A stretch of 64,000 nucleotides of DNA from Okamejei kenojei. Taxonomy: Eukaryota. The notes beneath the pieces are model-generated. The model was given only the letters and a program-made list of their open reading frames with translations, made no database searches and was not told the DNA's origin. Location: positions 186,001 to 250,000 of the forward strand of contig JAVHYY010000112.1 of NCBI GenBank assembly GCA_035221665.1. Reading direction: 5' to 3'. Shown piece by piece: positions 62,201-64,000 of this stretch. Each line of letters begins with the position of its first letter. Position 1 is the first letter of the stretch. The position numbers and the translations under genes are program-made.

Positions 62201-63782
62201 ACTTAAGGAAGTAGCTCAGGAAATAGTGGATGCATTAGTGATAATCTTTCAAAACACTTTAGATTCTGGAGTAGTTCCTGAGGATTGGCGGGTAGCAAAT
62301 GTAACCCCTCTTTTTAAGAAGGGAGGGAGAGAGAAAACGGGGAATTACAGACCAGTTAGTCTAACATCGGTAGTGGGGAAACTGCTAGAGTCAGTTATTA
62401 AAGATGGTATAGCAGCACATTTGGAAAGTGGTGAAATCATTGGACAAAGTCAGCATGGATTTACAAAAGGTAAATCATATCTGACGAATCTAGTGGAATT
62501 TTTCGAGGATGTAACTAGTAGCGTGGTAAGGGGGAGAACCAGTGGATGTGGTATATCTGGACTTCCAGAAGGCTTTCGACAAGGTCCCACATAAGAGATT
62601 AGTATACAAACGTAAAGCATACGGTATTAGGGGTTCAGTATTGATGTGGATAGAGTAGAGAACTGGCTGGCATACAGGAAGCAAAGAGTAGTGAGTAAAC
62701 GGGTCCTTTTCACAATGGCAGGCAGTAACTAGTGGGGTAAACCGCAGGGCTCAGTGCTGGGACGGGGACCCAGCTATTTACAATATATATTAATGATCTG
62801 GATGAGGGAATTGAAGGCAATATCTCCAAGTTTGCGGATGACACTAAGCTGGGGGGCAGTGTTCGCTGTGAGGAGGATGCTAGGAGACTGCAAGGTGACT
62901 TGGATAGGCTGGGTGAATGTTTGGCAGATGCAGTATAATGTGGATAAATGTGAGGTTATCCACTTTTGGTGCAAAAACAGGAAAGCAGACTATTATTTAA
63001 ATGGTGGCCGATTAGGAAAAGGGGAGATGCAGCGAGACCTGGGTGTCATGGTACACCAGTCATTGAAAGTAGGCATGCAGGTGCAGCAGGCAGTGAAAAA
63101 AAGCGAATGGTATGTTAGCTTTCATAGCAAAAGGATTTGAGGTACAGGAGCAGGGAGGTTCTACTTCAGTTGTACAGGGTCTTGGTGAGACCACACCTGG
63201 AGTATTGCGTACAGTTTTGGTCTCCAAATCTGAGGAAGGACATTATTGCCATAGAGGGAGTGCAGAGAAGGTTCACCAGACTGATTCCTGGGATGTCAGG
63301 ACTGTCTTAAGAAGAAAGACTGATAGACTCGGTTTATACTTTTCTGGAATTTAGGAGATTGAGAGGGGATCTTATAGAAACGTACAAAATTCTTAAGGGG
63401 TTGGACAGGCTAGATGCAGGAAGATTGTTCCCGATGTTGGGGAAGTCCAGGACAAGGGGTCACAGCTTAAGGATAAGGGGGAAATCCTTTAAGACCGAGA
63501 TGAGAAAGACTTTTTTTTCACACAGAGAGTGGTGAGTCTCTGGAACTCTCTGCCACAGAGGGTAGTTGAGGCCAGTTCATTGGCTATATTTAAGAGTGAG
63601 TTGGATGTGGCCCTTGTGGCTAAGGGGATCAGAGGGTATGGAGAGAAGGCAGGTACGGGATACTGAGTTGGAATGATCAGCCATGATTATCTGAATGGCG
63701 GTGCAGGCTCGAAGGGCTGAATGGCCTAGCTCCTGCACGTAATTTCTATGTTTCTATGTTTCTATGTTTCTATGTTTCTATA
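59222..63782 (+). mobile_element. Near full-length CR1 LINE (5' UTR repeats, ORF1 zinc finger/leucine zipper/esterase from 59710, ORF2 APE+RT ~60830-63665)
   Basis: CSACNMW...CRKC, VIGDSIVRG, VHVGTND, DGLHL, LNARSIRNK, NYRPVSLTS and FADD motifs; (CTATGTTT)n tail; empty site at ~27775; numerous 1-nt frameshifts. Confidence 0.95.
59226..59468 (+). repeat. 93/94-bp tandem monomers (2.6 copies) in the CR1 5' UTR
   Basis: Units start at 59226, 59320 and 59413. Confidence 0.92.
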
Positions 63783-64000
63783 TATACCACGGTCGCTTTT
63801 TAGTTGACATGTTTAATCTGAACTTTGAGGGAAACCCAACGAAGAGGACAAACGCAGTGCTCTATCGCCGGTGGACATGGCTAAGACTTTATTTTACGGG
63901 CCTGTTATGTCCTCATCCTGTTATATCACACTTTTTATCTTTACATCTCCCCCCTTTGTCCAACTATCTGGCAATCAAACCCACCCAGAATCCACCTGTC

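Larger units (their letters stand above)
50290..64000. repeat. Segmental duplicate of ~3490-27995 (V3/V8 + V4/V9 unit) carrying different TE insertions
   Basis: Colinear homology after removing TEs, e.g. 11280 vs 53552, 16230 vs 54855, 20605 vs 56951, 22620 vs 59000, 27775 vs 63781. Confidence 0.9.

Noticed and set aside
1-64000. D, J or C segments, or germline-joined VDJ
   Set aside because: No 12-RSS pairs, RSS-flanked FGXG J motif or C exon were found by eye. The complete V exons end in unrearranged RSS. A systematic RSS scan was not possible.

Overview
Vertebrate genomic DNA, almost certainly from a cartilaginous fish (a skate or ray is the best guess, based on the repeat content). The window is part of a T-cell receptor alpha/delta variable-segment array. 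I find eight V genes with a two-exon leader/V layout, plus one decayed V exon. They lie on BOTH strands. A plus-strand family (V1, V2, V3, V8) carries a non-canonical RSS heptamer, CACGGAG or CACCGAG (V3 has lost its RSS). A minus-strand group (V4, V5, V7, V9) carries canonical CACAGTG and 22/23-bp spacers. Only V2 (+, 2095-2959) and V9 (-, 56269-56996) are fully open. The rest are broken by indels, deletions or transposon insertions, though some lesions may be long-read consensus errors. No D, J or C segments were seen. The array was built by a segmental duplication (about 3.5-28 kb vs 50.3-64 kb, and 29-34 kb vs 45.8-50.3 kb), so most transposon insertions can be compared with an empty paralogous site. 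Mobile content: two DIRS tyrosine-recombinase retrotransposons, a two-LTR class I endogenous retrovirus (tRNA-Pro PBS, ERV3-like env, largely deleted pol), several CR1 LINEs (one nearly full length), V-SINEs, and L1 and Rex1/Babar fragments. The most notable observations are inverted 'ghost' V exons facing V5 and V7, a decayed V-like exon that looks more like an Ig light chain/VpreB than a TCR, a likely gene-conversion tract between V1 and V2, the CpG-containing heptamer, candidate CTCF and RUNX sites, and a non-nested complementarity pattern at the DIRS 3' end. All calls come from reading the sequence by eye; no searches were run.
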